From an uncultured Chryseobacterium sp. (GTDB lineage: Bacteria > Bacteroidota > Bacteroidia > UBA10329), in NCBI GenBank assembly GCA_964488095.1, contig CAZATP010000014.1:6553-70552 (forward strand): a stretch of 64,000 nt of DNA. The letters are read 5' to 3'. The position numbers and the translations under genes are program-made. Positions within the stretch are counted from its first letter, which is position 1. The number at the start of each line of letters is the position of its first letter. Below, piece after piece: positions 1-10,385 of this stretch. The notes below the pieces were generated by a model, which was given only the letters and a program-made list of their open reading frames with translations, had not been told where the DNA came from and did not search any database.

Positions 1-151
1 GGCCTTTTCCAAAAGGTGCCTGAGCACATCTGCCTGAACATCGAACGGGAATTGAAGGAACAGGTCGCGCTGATGTTTCCGTTTCCGCATCAGCCATGTC
101 ACTACTGAATTGAACATCTCGCCCTGGGATTGTTCTCGCAAGTAAACGAAA

Positions 152-182
152 AACCCCGTCCGACCTTGGCCGAACGGGGTTG
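152..182. terminator. GC-rich hairpin downstream of sppA (the sppA stop is at 203). Possible bidirectional terminator
   Basis: aaccccgtccgacc / ttgg loop / ccgaacggggtt, about 12 bp stem with 2 mismatches. Lies between an upstream plus-strand frame ending near 108 and sppA on the minus strand. Confidence 0.4.
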
Positions 183-202
183 TTCAAAGAAGACTGGAAA
201 TA

Positions 203-1990
203 TCAGTCGATATAGATGGTATAGGGCATCCGCGCCTGAACACCGCGCATGTTCATCATCGACTCCACATCGCGCATGTAAGTATAGTAGTTGCCTAGGC
301 GGGCCTTCAACAAAGCCTCCTCTCCTCCACCGGTCAGATCCTTGATGATCTGCTCCATGGCATCCTTCTGCTCAGGGAGCTCAGTAACGCGATAATCTTC
401 CAGTCCGGCCATCTTGGCCGCAATGGCGACTGCATCATTCAATCCTCCGAGCACGTCCACAAGGCCGATACGCAAGGCGTCCTTCCCGCTCCATACACGA
501 CCTTGGCCGATGCTGTCCACCTCGGCAGTCGTTAATCCACGGCCCTGGGCCACCTTACCGATGAAGTCGAAATAGATGTCGTTCACGCTTTCCTGAATGA
601 TCTCACGTTCCACTTCGCTCAGAGGACGCAACGGGCCACCGAGGTCCGCAAAACGGTTGGTCTTCACGGTGTCCACAGTGATGCCGAATTTGTTCTGTAG
701 CATTTTCTGAGCATTGAACAGTACTCCGAACACACCAATCGAACCGGTGATGGTGTTCGGCTGCGCTACGATGGTATCTGCTGCACAGGCAATGTAGTAT
801 CCTCCTGATGCGGCCACGTCACCAAAGGAGACCACGAAGGGCTTCGCCTCCTTGGCGAGCACGGTCTCGCGCCAGATAACGTCCGATGCGAGCGCACTTC
901 CTCCCCCGCTGTTGATGCGAAGCACGATGGCCTTCACCTTGTCATCGAGACGGGCCTTGCGGATCTCGCTGGAAATCGTCTCCGAGCCGATGCTCTCGTC
1001 ATCACCTTCCCCGGTGTCAATTCCTCCAACAGCATAGATGACAGCCACTCTGTCACGACCCGATTTCGCATCCTCCTTCGGCTTGGCCGCTCCCTTATAT
1101 TCTCCCAAAGCGATGAAATTGATCTTCCCGTCCTCCTTCTCGATGGCCAGTCTTCCGCGCAGGTCGGCCAGCACCTCATCCTTGTATTTCAAACCATCCA
1201 CCAGACCGTGATTCACGGCATGCTCGGCCTTCCGGATGGTCGCATGCTGAGCCATGGAGTCCAGCTCAGCTGCACTCTTTCCGCGTGAGGCGGCCACTCC
1301 TTCCAACATCTGATCCCAGAGGGCGTCCATGTAGGTCATGGTCTGAAGACGGTTGGCCTCACTCATCTTGTCCAGCATCAATGGTTCCACGGCACTCTTG
1401 AATTTACCGTAGCGGATGATCTGCGGCTCCAATTCAAGTTTCTCGAACATGTTCTTCAGGAACACCACCTGCGAACCAAGACCACGCCACTCCACGAGTC
1501 CTTCAGGATTCAACCACACTTCATCGGCAACAGATGCCACATAGTAGGCCTTCTGCGAGTACATTTCACTGTAGCTCACGATCCACTTACCACTTTCCTT
1601 GAATTTCAGAAGGGCATTGCGTATCTCCTCTGTGGAAGCCATCCCTGCAGGAAGTCCCTGCATATCGAGATAGATGCCCTTGATCCGGTCATCGGTCGCG
1701 GCCTTTTCAATGCTGGCCAGTATCTCATTGAGACCCAGGCTGGTTTTAGGTTTGAAAGTTGAGGGGTCGATATCAAAAGGCTTGTCTATGCCACGCTCTT
1801 TGATCTCGGTGTCCAATTTGATATGGAGAACAGAATTCTCCTCCACCTTCACCTCACCCTTGCTTCCGAGCATGGCCCCGATTCCGCCAAGGATGATGAA
1901 CAGCAGGAAAATTCCCAGAACCAGGCCAAGGGCGCTGGCAAACATGAACTTGAAGAATTGCTTCATTTTTTTATGGTTTATGGAGGACAA
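203..1990 (-). CDS. sppA: Signal peptide peptidase SppA (67K type, two S49 peptidase domains)
   Basis: 595-aa ORF. The N-terminal TM segment is followed by tandem ClpP/crotonase-like S49 domains. The true start may be the MKQFF Met at about 1966. Confidence 0.8.
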   Translation of the reverse strand: MSSINHKKMKQFFKFMFASALGLVLGIFLLFIILGGIGAMLGSKGEVKVEENSVLHIKLDTEIKERGIDKPFDIDPSTFKPKTSLGLNEILASIEKAATDDRIKGIYLDMQGLPAGMASTEEIRNALLKFKESGKWIVSYSEMYSQKAYYVASVADEVWLNPEGLVEWRGLGSQVVFLKNMFEKLELEPQIIRYGKFKSAVEPLMLDKMSEANRLQTMTYMDALWDQMLEGVAASRGKSAAELDSMAQHATIRKAEHAVNHGLVDGLKYKDEVLADLRGRLAIEKEDGKINFIALGEYKGAAKPKEDAKSGRDRVAVIYAVGGIDTGEGDDESIGSETISSEIRKARLDDKVKAIVLRINSGGGSALASDVIWRETVLAKEAKPFVVSFGDVAASGGYYIACAADTIVAQPNTITGSIGVFGVLFNAQKMLQNKFGITVDTVKTNRFADLGGPLRPLSEVEREIIQESVNDIYFDFIGKVAQGRGLTTAEVDSIGQGRVWSGKDALRIGLVDVLGGLNDAVAIAAKMAGLEDYRVTELPEQKDAMEQIIKDLTGGGEEALLKARLGNYYTYMRDVESMMNMRGVQARMPYTIYID

Positions 1991-2068
1991 AGGTAGACAC
2001 CCGAGAAAGTTGCCGACAGCGTCCCCGTTATCGAATGTTAAAACCCATATTCGCGGCCATCACTTCCA

Positions 2069-2584
2069 ATGAAGCACTTGTCGGGCGCAATTCACACATA
2101 CGTTCTGCTGCTGGGCTCCAACCTTGGAGAATCCCGAAGGATGCTCGAACAGGCGCGTGCCGGAATCATCCGCTCGATAGGGCACATTTCAAGTGTATCA
2201 GCTGTTTACAGCTCACAGCCATGGGGATTCGATGCTCCGGAAATGTTCCTGAATCAGGCAGTGATTCTGGAAAGTGACTTGGAACCGCAACAACTTCTCC
2301 GCTCCATTCACACCTTGGAGAATAATCTTGGCCGTGTCCGAGATTCGGGTCCACGATACAGCTCTCGAATCATCGACATCGACATCCTGCATTGGTCAGG
2401 AGGGATTTTCTCCTCAGGTGACCTTAGCATACCACATCCGCTCGTCCAACAGCGAAGGTTCGCACTCATCCCTTTGAATGACTTAGGAAGAGAACTGATT
2501 CACCCCGTGCTGAACAAGCCCTATTCGGTTCTTCTCGAAGAGTGTGATGATCACAGTTCAGTGACCAGATGGGAAGCAGAATGA
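2069..2584 (+). CDS. folK: 2-amino-4-hydroxy-6-hydroxymethyldihydropteridine pyrophosphokinase (HPPK)
   Basis: Carries the HPPK signature LLLGSNLG near the N-terminus and the conserved RWGPRxxDIDIL-like block (RYSSRIIDIDIL). Confidence 0.8.
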   Translation: MKHLSGAIHTYVLLLGSNLGESRRMLEQARAGIIRSIGHISSVSAVYSSQPWGFDAPEMFLNQAVILESDLEPQQLLRSIHTLENNLGRVRDSGPRYSSRIIDIDILHWSGGIFSSGDLSIPHPLVQQRRFALIPLNDLGRELIHPVLNKPYSVLLEECDDHSSVTRWEAE

Positions 2585-3231
2585 GCGATCACCCTCGTCC
2601 TACGTACGATTATGTTGTGATTGAGGGCAACATAGGTTCCGGGAAAACCTCGTTGGCTCATTTGGTCGCCCAGCAATGGAATGCCCGGCTGATGCTGGAG
2701 CGCTTCAGCGACAACCCCTTTCTGCCAAAATTCTACGAGAACCCAGAGCGTCATGCGTTCACGCTCGAACTTAGTTTCCTCGCAGACCGCTACAATCAGA
2801 ATCGGGAAGAGCTGAGCAGGACAGACCTCTTCCAGCCCACTGTCGTCTCGGATTATTCGTTCGCTAAGTCCCTGATCTTTGCAGGCATCAACCTTCAGGA
2901 AGACGAGTTCGAACTCTACCGAACGCTCTTTCATATTATCCATGGCCGACTTCCAAAACCCGACCTCCTGGTTTACCTGCATTGCTCTGTGGACAAGTCC
3001 CTGAGGCAGATCCACAAGCGAGGGAGGTCTTTCGAGCAGGAAATCACCAGCGAATATCTAGCTCAGATAACTAAAGGCTACTTGGAGTTCTTCCGCCAGT
3101 TGAGCGATGTTCCCATTGTCATTCTGGACACGGAGCGCATTGACTTTGTGAACTCGGAACTTGATTTTGAGTCAGTGCTCTCCGTAATCGAATCACAGCA
3201 CCCTTTGGGGACAACCCGAATCGCGCTTTAG
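2569..3231 (+). CDS. Deoxynucleoside kinase (dAK/dGK family)
   Basis: P-loop GNIGSGKTS and an ERF-like motif (LERFSDNP). Overlaps the folK stop by 16 nt, which suggests translational coupling. Confidence 0.75.
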   Translation: MGSRMSDHPRPTYDYVVIEGNIGSGKTSLAHLVAQQWNARLMLERFSDNPFLPKFYENPERHAFTLELSFLADRYNQNREELSRTDLFQPTVVSDYSFAKSLIFAGINLQEDEFELYRTLFHIIHGRLPKPDLLVYLHCSVDKSLRQIHKRGRSFEQEITSEYLAQITKGYLEFFRQLSDVPIVILDTERIDFVNSELDFESVLSVIESQHPLGTTRIAL

Positions 3232-3359
3232 GGACGGGTTTCATATTTTTTTTTCGGCCCATGGTCAATTCGCCTCTTTGGTTACTTTTGCAGCGCGAAC
3301 GTCATTTGCTGACCACGTAAAATTCAAGTCAAACAATACGAACACTATCACGGGTAGAT

Positions 3360-4889
3360 ATGAAAAAGGGATTACTGCTGTTAACTGCGATTGCGTTCTT
3401 GAGTGCTCCGGCCTTCGCTCAGGAGAAAGAAGGCAAGAAGAAGGAGGGCAAAGAAGCCAAGCAAAAAAGTGGCAAAATTAAGTTCAACAAGTTCTCCATT
3501 GGCGGACATGGCGGCCACAACATCTTCTATGGTGACGTACGTCAGTATGATTGGTGGTTGACCGACAACGCAGAAGAGCGTTGGAACTTCGCTGGTGGAG
3601 GCTACGTGGCCTACCAGATTTCCCCTGTGTTCGGTGCCAACATCAATGTGATGGGCGGTACCCTTGGTGGTGTAAGAAGGCTTGCGGTTAATTCGCCTGC
3701 GGGCAACTCCACAGTACCTTCAAGTGAGTTCACGAACGTAAAGTTCAAGAACCACTACATTGATTACACGCTGAACTTCACCTTCAACTGGGTGAACCTC
3801 CTCTACTCCGACAGGACCAAAGAGAGACGCGTTACTTCTTACTTGACCGGTGGTATCGGATTCATCTCTTTCCGCTCGTTGAAGACAGGCCTGTATGACG
3901 ATTCATTCGTGAACAGCGTGGGCTACATCAATCAGGGAACAGAGAATTATAAGTCCCGCACCACTGAAACTGTATTCCCGATGGGTATAGGTGTCAAGTT
4001 CAGGCTTTCTCGCAGATTCGACCTTGGCCTCGAGTACACGCACAGGTTCACCTTCTCTGACAAGCTTGATGCAACTGTCGGAAATACTGGTGCCGATGAT
4101 AGCTACAGCTACGCATCTATGATTCTTGCCTTCAAATTCGGAAAGAATAAGAGCAGCCAAGAGTGGGTCAACCCTTTCCAGTCGCTCAACTCAAAGATGG
4201 AAGACATGGAGACCAACATGGCCGGACTTACTGTTGACAGCGATGGCGATGGTGTTTCTGATCTGTTCGATAAGGAGCCTAACACCCCTGCTGACATCGC
4301 AGTGGATGGTAGCGGCCGTGCATTGGATGCAGATGGCGATGGTGTGCCAGACCACTTGGACGCAGACCCTTTCACAGCCAAAGGTGCTCGTGTTGATGAG
4401 TCAGGCCGTGAGTTGGATTCTGATGGTGATGGTGTAGCAGACAGTCAGGATCTTGAGCCAAACACTCCGAAAGGTAATTTGGTGAACTTCCAGGGTAAGA
4501 CCATTGACGTGAAAGCAGGTGAGAAATCTGAATCCAGCTCCAGTTCATTTGCCAGCGGTGGAACTCTGATGTCCATCTACTTCAAAGTGAACAGCTCTCG
4601 CATCGACTACTGGAGCAGCTACGACAAACTGGCTGAGGTTGCCAAGGTGATGAAGGCTAATACCGGTGTGAAAGTCAACGTCATCGGACACGCAGACAAG
4701 AGTGGTGCTGAAGACTACAACAAGTCTCTTGCTGAGAAGCGTGCACAGTCGGCTGTTGATCACCTCGTGAAAGTGTACGGAATAGATGCTGGTCGCTTCA
4801 CCGTGGTGAGCGAAGGGACGTCCAATCCTCTGGCAAAATCTGATGATGCTCTCAACGTGAACAGAAGGGTTGACTTCATTGTGAAGTAA
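3360..4889 (+). CDS. OmpA-family outer-membrane protein with thrombospondin type-3 (calcium-binding) repeats
   Basis: Signal peptide and an N-terminal beta-barrel-like region. Repeated DxDGDGVxD motifs are followed by a C-terminal OmpA_C domain (NRRVDF). Confidence 0.8.
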   Translation: MKKGLLLLTAIAFLSAPAFAQEKEGKKKEGKEAKQKSGKIKFNKFSIGGHGGHNIFYGDVRQYDWWLTDNAEERWNFAGGGYVAYQISPVFGANINVMGGTLGGVRRLAVNSPAGNSTVPSSEFTNVKFKNHYIDYTLNFTFNWVNLLYSDRTKERRVTSYLTGGIGFISFRSLKTGLYDDSFVNSVGYINQGTENYKSRTTETVFPMGIGVKFRLSRRFDLGLEYTHRFTFSDKLDATVGNTGADDSYSYASMILAFKFGKNKSSQEWVNPFQSLNSKMEDMETNMAGLTVDSDGDGVSDLFDKEPNTPADIAVDGSGRALDADGDGVPDHLDADPFTAKGARVDESGRELDSDGDGVADSQDLEPNTPKGNLVNFQGKTIDVKAGEKSESSSSSFASGGTLMSIYFKVNSSRIDYWSSYDKLAEVAKVMKANTGVKVNVIGHADKSGAEDYNKSLAEKRAQSAVDHLVKVYGIDAGRFTVVSEGTSNPLAKSDDALNVNRRVDFIVK

Positions 4890-4919
4890 TCAGCCATCAA
4901 TAATCGATAAGGGCCGTTC

Positions 4920-4948
4920 CAGAATCTGGAGCGGCCCTTTCTATTTCA
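4920..4948. terminator. Bidirectional rho-independent terminator hairpin between convergent ompA-like and trmH-like genes
   Basis: agggccgttccag / aat / ctggagcggccct, a 13 bp stem with 1 mismatch, followed by a T-rich tract. Confidence 0.6.
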
Positions 4949-4968
4949 AAGAATAGGAGAATAAAGAC

Positions 4969-5520
4969 TTAAGCATCTGTCCTGAGCTCCATTCTAGCAT
5001 ACAGCTCCCATAGCACAATCCCAGAGCTTACTGCCACATTCAGTGAGTGCTTCGTTCCAGATTGTGGAATTTCCAGGAACTCATCACACAGGTCAAGTAC
5101 ATCCTGTGCCACACCGTGCACCTCATGTCCAAAAATCACAGCATACCGTACCCCATTCTGAAAAGAAAACTCCCGAGGCGAGATACTCCCCACCACCTGC
5201 TCAGCCGCTATGATGACGTAGCCCTGTTCTTTAAGGCTTTGTATGGCCTCTACCGTTGAAGACCAATGTTGCCAAGCCACCGTCTCAGTTGCTCCCAATG
5301 CTGACTTTTCAATTTCACGATTGGGAGGTGTGGCAGTAATGCCGCAGAGATAAAGCCGCTCCATAGCAAAGGCATCACAGGTGCGGAATATGGACCCAAC
5401 GTTGTGCAGACTCCGCACATTGTCCAGAATAACAGTAATAGGTAATCGCTTCACCTTGGCAAACTCCTCCTTTGAAGGCCTGCCCAAATCGTCCATTTTC
5501 AACTTCTTCACTTTCTCCAT
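4969..5520 (-). CDS. SpoU/TrmH-family RNA 2'-O-methyltransferase
   Basis: SPOUT-fold motifs: LDNVRSLHNVGSIFRTCDAF and a C-terminal SLNVAVSSGIVLWE. Confidence 0.75.
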   Translation of the reverse strand: MEKVKKLKMDDLGRPSKEEFAKVKRLPITVILDNVRSLHNVGSIFRTCDAFAMERLYLCGITATPPNREIEKSALGATETVAWQHWSSTVEAIQSLKEQGYVIIAAEQVVGSISPREFSFQNGVRYAVIFGHEVHGVAQDVLDLCDEFLEIPQSGTKHSLNVAVSSGIVLWELYARMELRTDA

Positions 5521-5564
5521 ACGCTGAATGGCATGCTATCTTAGCCACCCCTCAAAAATACCCC

Positions 5565-8201
5565 ATGGCATTGGCCAAAGCAGCTAAAGACACGGAAACA
5601 CCGCTGATGAAGCAGTTCAATGCCATCAAGGGCAAATACCCTGATGCCATTCTGTTATTCCGGGTGGGCGACTTCTACGAGACCTTCGGGCAGGACGCGG
5701 TGCGGGCATCGAAGGTGCTGGGCATTGTGCTGACCAAGCGGGCCAACGGTGCTGCCGCCCACATCGAGCTGGCGGGATTTCCATACCACTCGCTTGAATC
5801 GTACCTGCCGAAGCTGGTGCGGGCGGGTTTCCGCGTGGCGGTATGCGACCAGTTGGAAGACCCCAAGATGGTGAAGGGCATCGTGAAGCGCGGGGTGACC
5901 GAGCTGGTGACCCCCGGCCTCAGCATGAACGACAACGTGCTGGAGCAGCGCAGCAATAACTTCCTGTGCAGCGTCCATTTCGACAGCGAAAGTGTTGGCA
6001 TCGCGTTCCTCGATATCAGCACGGGGGAGTTCCTCGTGGCCGAGGGCGACACTTCCTATGCTCAGAAACTGGTGCAGAATTTCTCGCCTAGTGAATTTGT
6101 GTTCCGCAAGAGCTTCAGAGGACGATTCCACGAGGTGTTCGGGGAGGGCCACTGCACCTTCACGATGGAGGATTGGGCGTTCACCACGCAGTTCGCTGAT
6201 GAGACGCTGAACCGCCATTTCGGGACGAGAAACCTCAAGGGCTTCGGGGTGGAGCATCTGAAATACGGCATCATCGCAGCGGGTGCGGCCGTGCAGTATC
6301 TCAGCGACACGGAGCACAGCCGCACGGCCCACATTTCCGCCCTATCGCGTATCGAACCCGACCGCTATATGTGGGTCGATGGGTTCACGATGCGGAATCT
6401 GGAGATACTGCATCCCGCCCATTCCGATGGCAAGAGCCTGCTCTCCATCCTCGACCAGACCGTGACCCCGATGGGCGCACGGATGATGAAACGTTGGTTG
6501 GCCCTTCCGTTGAAGGAGAAACATCTCATCGAAAGAAGGCTGGAAGCATTGGAGGCTTTGCTTTCATCGGAAGAGACGAGGAACACGCTGCTCTCGGCCC
6601 TCAACGAGACGGGCGACCTCGAACGGTTGGCCTCGAAGATCTCGACCGCCCGCGTGAATCCGCGTGAGTTGCTGCAACTGAAACGTGCGTTGCAACGTCT
6701 GCCCGCCATCAAGGAATCGCTGTCGGCTTTGGGATGCGTGCCGCTGCTCGAAATGGCCGACCGCATCCACCCCGTTTCCTCAGCCTTGGAGCGCATTTCT
6801 AAAGGAATAGCAGAAGATGCGCCCGCTGTGGTGAGCAAAGGAGGCGTGATGCGCGATGGCCTCTCGCCAGAACTGGATGCGCTGCGCGACCTTGCCTACC
6901 GTGGCAAGGACAAACTTGCGGCCATCCAGCACCGCGAAACCCAAGCCACGGGAATCACAAGTCTGAAAATCGGGTTCAACAATGTGTTCGGCTACTACCT
7001 CGAAGTGACGAATGCCCATAAGGACAAAGTGCCGCAGGACTGGATCCGCAAGCAGACGCTGGTGAATCAGGAGCGGTACGTCACGCCCGAACTCAAGGAG
7101 CTGGAGGAGAAGATACTGGGCGCGGAGGAGAAGGTGCTGCGACTGGAGTCGGAGATGTATCAGCAGCTTGTGCTCGATCTGGCCGAAAGCATCCCCGCCA
7201 TTCAGCAGGATGCGGCCATCATCGCGCAGCTTGATTGTCTGCTGAGTTTCGCGCAGGTGAGCGAGGCCAATCAATACACCCGCCCGCGCTTCGTGGAGGG
7301 CAGTTCCATCCAGATACAGGACGGCCGCCACCCTGTCATCGAGCAGTCGCTGCCTATCGGTGAGGAATACGTGGCGAATGATGTGCTGCTGGATAACGAG
7401 AAACAGCAGGTGCTCATCATCACGGGGCCGAACATGAGCGGCAAGAGCGCGCTGCTGCGGCAGACGGCCCTCATCAACATCATGGCGCAGGCAGGGTGCT
7501 TCGTGCCTGCCAAAGGTGCCACGTTGGGCATCGTGGACAAGGTGTTCAGCCGCGTGGGTGCCAGCGACAACCTCGCTCAGGGCGAATCGACCTTCATGGT
7601 GGAGATGAACGAGACGGCCAGCATCCTCAACAACATGACCTCGCAGAGCCTCATCATCCTTGATGAGATCGGGCGTGGCACCAGCACCTACGATGGCATC
7701 AGCATTGCGATGGCGATCGTGGAATATCTGCACGAGAGCCCGAAGGCGAGGCCCAACGTGCTCTTCGCCACGCATTACCACGAACTGAACGACCTGGAGG
7801 GCCGCTTCCCCCGTGTGCGCAACTTCCATGTGGATGTGAAGGAGATGGGCAGCAAGGTGCTGTTCCTGCGCAAGTTGCGACCAGGTGGCACGGCCCATAG
7901 CTTCGGGATCCATGTGGCGAAGATGGCGGGGATGCCCACCCTTGTGGTGCAGCGCGCCAACGAGATTTTGTCCGCACTGGAGGCATCGCGGGAGGAGAAG
8001 CCCACTGGCGCATCTTCAAGCGGAAAAAAATCCAAGACTGCCGATGACGGCCTCCAGCTCAGCTTCTTCCAGTTGGACGACCCCGTGCTGGAACAGGTGC
8101 GCGAGGAGATCCTGAAGACCGACATCGACACCCTCACGCCTGTTGAGGCGCTGATGAAGCTGAACGGGATAAAGAAGGTGCTCACTGGCGGGAGAAGATA
8201 A
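5565..8201 (+). CDS. mutS: DNA mismatch repair protein MutS
   Basis: Walker A GPNMSGKS, DEIGRGTSTYDG, and the N-terminal mismatch-binding motif GDFYETFG. The start was chosen at the MALAKAAKD Met (atg at 5565). The six-frame ORF begins earlier, at 5472. Confidence 0.9.
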   Translation: MALAKAAKDTETPLMKQFNAIKGKYPDAILLFRVGDFYETFGQDAVRASKVLGIVLTKRANGAAAHIELAGFPYHSLESYLPKLVRAGFRVAVCDQLEDPKMVKGIVKRGVTELVTPGLSMNDNVLEQRSNNFLCSVHFDSESVGIAFLDISTGEFLVAEGDTSYAQKLVQNFSPSEFVFRKSFRGRFHEVFGEGHCTFTMEDWAFTTQFADETLNRHFGTRNLKGFGVEHLKYGIIAAGAAVQYLSDTEHSRTAHISALSRIEPDRYMWVDGFTMRNLEILHPAHSDGKSLLSILDQTVTPMGARMMKRWLALPLKEKHLIERRLEALEALLSSEETRNTLLSALNETGDLERLASKISTARVNPRELLQLKRALQRLPAIKESLSALGCVPLLEMADRIHPVSSALERISKGIAEDAPAVVSKGGVMRDGLSPELDALRDLAYRGKDKLAAIQHRETQATGITSLKIGFNNVFGYYLEVTNAHKDKVPQDWIRKQTLVNQERYVTPELKELEEKILGAEEKVLRLESEMYQQLVLDLAESIPAIQQDAAIIAQLDCLLSFAQVSEANQYTRPRFVEGSSIQIQDGRHPVIEQSLPIGEEYVANDVLLDNEKQQVLIITGPNMSGKSALLRQTALINIMAQAGCFVPAKGATLGIVDKVFSRVGASDNLAQGESTFMVEMNETASILNNMTSQSLIILDEIGRGTSTYDGISIAMAIVEYLHESPKARPNVLFATHYHELNDLEGRFPRVRNFHVDVKEMGSKVLFLRKLRPGGTAHSFGIHVAKMAGMPTLVVQRANEILSALEASREEKPTGASSSGKKSKTADDGLQLSFFQLDDPVLEQVREEILKTDIDTLTPVEALMKLNGIKKVLTGGRR

Positions 8202-8206
8202 TCCCT

Positions 8207-8557
8207 CTACCTCCCCTTCCCTACCCCATACTCCTCCATGAGTCCATGGCCGTAGTCGCGGAGGTACTCTATGACCTTGATGGCCCGCTGGCCGCGGTCG
8301 GTGAGGGAGTATTCCACACGGGGAGGCACCTCTGCGAACACCGCACGGTGGAGGAATCCGTCCTCCTCCAACTCGCGGAGCTGTGAGGTGAGCACCTTGT
8401 CTGATATGCGGGGCACATCCTTCTTCAGTTCCCCGTAGCGCATGGTGCGGTCGCGCAGGCGCCACAGGATGGGCATCTTCCATGTGCCCCCGATGCGGTC
8501 CATCGCAAAGTCAACGGGATTGTAATAGACCTTCTGGTTGAACAGGAACTCGGGCAT
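8207..8557 (-). CDS. HxlR-family winged-helix transcriptional regulator
   Basis: The 116-aa protein carries the conserved HxlR core (WKMPILWRL...RYGEL...ISDKVLTSQLRELEEDG). It is divergent from the DJ-1/PfpI gene. Confidence 0.8.
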   Translation of the reverse strand: MPEFLFNQKVYYNPVDFAMDRIGGTWKMPILWRLRDRTMRYGELKKDVPRISDKVLTSQLRELEEDGFLHRAVFAEVPPRVEYSLTDRGQRAIKVIEYLRDYGHGLMEEYGVGKGR

Positions 8558-8684
8558 GATGTGGCTATAACGCAGTCGGAATCAAATACTTTCCCAAAAG
8601 TATGTATTGCACACTTCGGTAAGTGTCCTTGAGTTGGGAGGGCGGTTGGGGAGTTTTGCATCCGCATTCAAAAACCAAAAGATC

Positions 8685-9449
8685 ATGGCACAAGTGAAAG
8701 AAGTTAAAGGCTACGCCCACGCCCATGGGCAGCCCAGCAAAGGGAAGATACTGATGGTGGCTGGCAGCCCTGCGGTGTCCACACAGACCGGATGGCCTAT
8801 CGGGTTCTGGGCAGCGGAACTGACCCACCCGCTGCGTGCATTCCAAGAAGCAGGCTATGAGGTGGAACTGGTTAGCACCGCTGGCGGAAAGCTGGAAATG
8901 GACGGCTACAGCGACCCTTTCCATGAGAGCGGCTACTCGGCCCACGATGTGATCTCCATCGGCTACCTGCAGAAGGACGAGTTCAAGCAGATGCTCGCCA
9001 ACACCCGTAAGCTTACCGAGGTGAACGCGGACGACTATGTGGCGGTGTTCCTGGTGGGCGGACAAAGCCCAATGTTCACCTTCAAAGGCAATGCCGACCT
9101 GCAGAAGCTATTCGTGAAATTTTACGAGAGCGGAAAGCCCTCAGCAGCCGTGTGCCACAGCACCACGCTTCTGTTGGAGGCCAAGACCTTGAATGGGGAG
9201 CTGCTGGTGAAAGGCAAGATGTGGACCGGCTTTGCCGACAGCGAAGAGCAGTTTGCCGACAGCTTCGTGGGTATCAAGATCCAACCCTACTGGATCGAGG
9301 AAGAAGCCCGTAAGATCAGCGGCACCACGTTCAAGGTGGAAGCGGCCTTCACGCCCTATGCCATTGCCGATGGCAACCTGATCACCGGCCAGCAGCAGAA
9401 CAGCGGGGCCTTGGCGGCAGAACTCGTGCTCGAACAGTTGGGCAAATAA
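8685..9449 (+). CDS. DJ-1/PfpI-family (type 1 glutamine amidotransferase-like) protein
   Basis: Nucleophile-elbow AAVCHS motif and a flavodoxin-like fold pattern. The start is at atg 8685 (MAQVKEVKG). Confidence 0.75.
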   Translation: MAQVKEVKGYAHAHGQPSKGKILMVAGSPAVSTQTGWPIGFWAAELTHPLRAFQEAGYEVELVSTAGGKLEMDGYSDPFHESGYSAHDVISIGYLQKDEFKQMLANTRKLTEVNADDYVAVFLVGGQSPMFTFKGNADLQKLFVKFYESGKPSAAVCHSTTLLLEAKTLNGELLVKGKMWTGFADSEEQFADSFVGIKIQPYWIEEEARKISGTTFKVEAAFTPYAIADGNLITGQQQNSGALAAELVLEQLGK

Positions 9450-9452
9450 GCC

Positions 9453-10262
9453 TTGGATATCAAGGTATCGGATAACACGCGGTCGGGTCGCAGTTCCTTG
9501 TTCGGGGCTGCGGCCTTGCTGCTGTTACTGGTCTGTCCGCTGTTCACACGGGCCCAGCTCACCGAAGCCGACACGCTAAAGTTCGGTTACCGCCTCACGC
9601 TCAACGGCAGTTGGATCACAGGCAATCTGGAACGGCTGCTGGTGACCGCCACGGCCGACCTGAGCACTGTGCACGACAAGTGGGCCTTCCGCACTTCGAA
9701 CAGCTACCAGCACGGCTCTTTCGGGAAGTTCCGAACGGAGAACGACCTCTTCTCAAAGAACTTTCTCTATCTCTTTCCCAAGAAGGCCGTCTATCCTTAT
9801 GTGATGGGCTGGATGGAGACCAACCTGCGCAGGAGCATCGCCTTCCGGTATCAGGTAGGACCGGGCGTGAGCTGGGCGTTCGTCCGCAAGGAGCATCATT
9901 CCATGAAAATATCAGCCACAGCCACCTTTGAGGAGACCCGCTTCGATCGCGACACCTTTGAGATGGCGGCCTATGATGGCACGTTCCGCCTACAGACGGC
10001 ACGGGCCACGGCACGGCTGATAGGACAGCACCGCGTGGCCAACGGACACCTGCGCATACGCTATGAGCTGTGGGGCCAGCCCTCGGTGCTCGATGCCGAT
10101 AACTTCCGGCTTCATGCCGACCTGTCGGTGGAGGTGCCGATACACAGGCTGATCGCGGTCCGAACGGCCTTCAACTACAACTACGAGAGCGTGGTGGTGT
10201 CGGGCGCATTCCGACAGGACACCTTCTGGATGTTCGGCCTCACGTTCGCCAATTTCAAGTGA
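9453..10262 (+). CDS. DUF481-family outer-membrane beta-barrel protein
   Basis: Signal peptide, alternating hydrophobic beta-strand pattern and a C-terminal aromatic residue (FANFK). Confidence 0.6.
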   Translation: MDIKVSDNTRSGRSSLFGAAALLLLLVCPLFTRAQLTEADTLKFGYRLTLNGSWITGNLERLLVTATADLSTVHDKWAFRTSNSYQHGSFGKFRTENDLFSKNFLYLFPKKAVYPYVMGWMETNLRRSIAFRYQVGPGVSWAFVRKEHHSMKISATATFEETRFDRDTFEMAAYDGTFRLQTARATARLIGQHRVANGHLRIRYELWGQPSVLDADNFRLHADLSVEVPIHRLIAVRTAFNYNYESVVVSGAFRQDTFWMFGLTFANFK

Positions 10263-10385
10263 GTTTTTGATTTCACGCAGAGAGCGCAGAGGAAAAACAT
10301 GCAAAGGGCGCAAAGGAGAACACCGTGTTTGAAACAAAAAGCATCAAATCGTTGAGGAGTTTCCGCTAAACTGAGAACCTGAGTC

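Noticed and set aside
1-108. Possible 3' end of a plus-strand CDS entering from the left edge (…ELKEQVALMFPFPHQPCHY-stop)
   Set aside because: Only 35 codons are visible and show no recognisable motif. It could equally be non-coding, so it is not listed as a feature.
5655-7913. Long minus-strand ORFs (225 aa and 377 aa) inside mutS
   Set aside because: They are antisense shadow ORFs with low-complexity Arg/Ala/His-rich translations. mutS on the plus strand has full-length conserved motifs.
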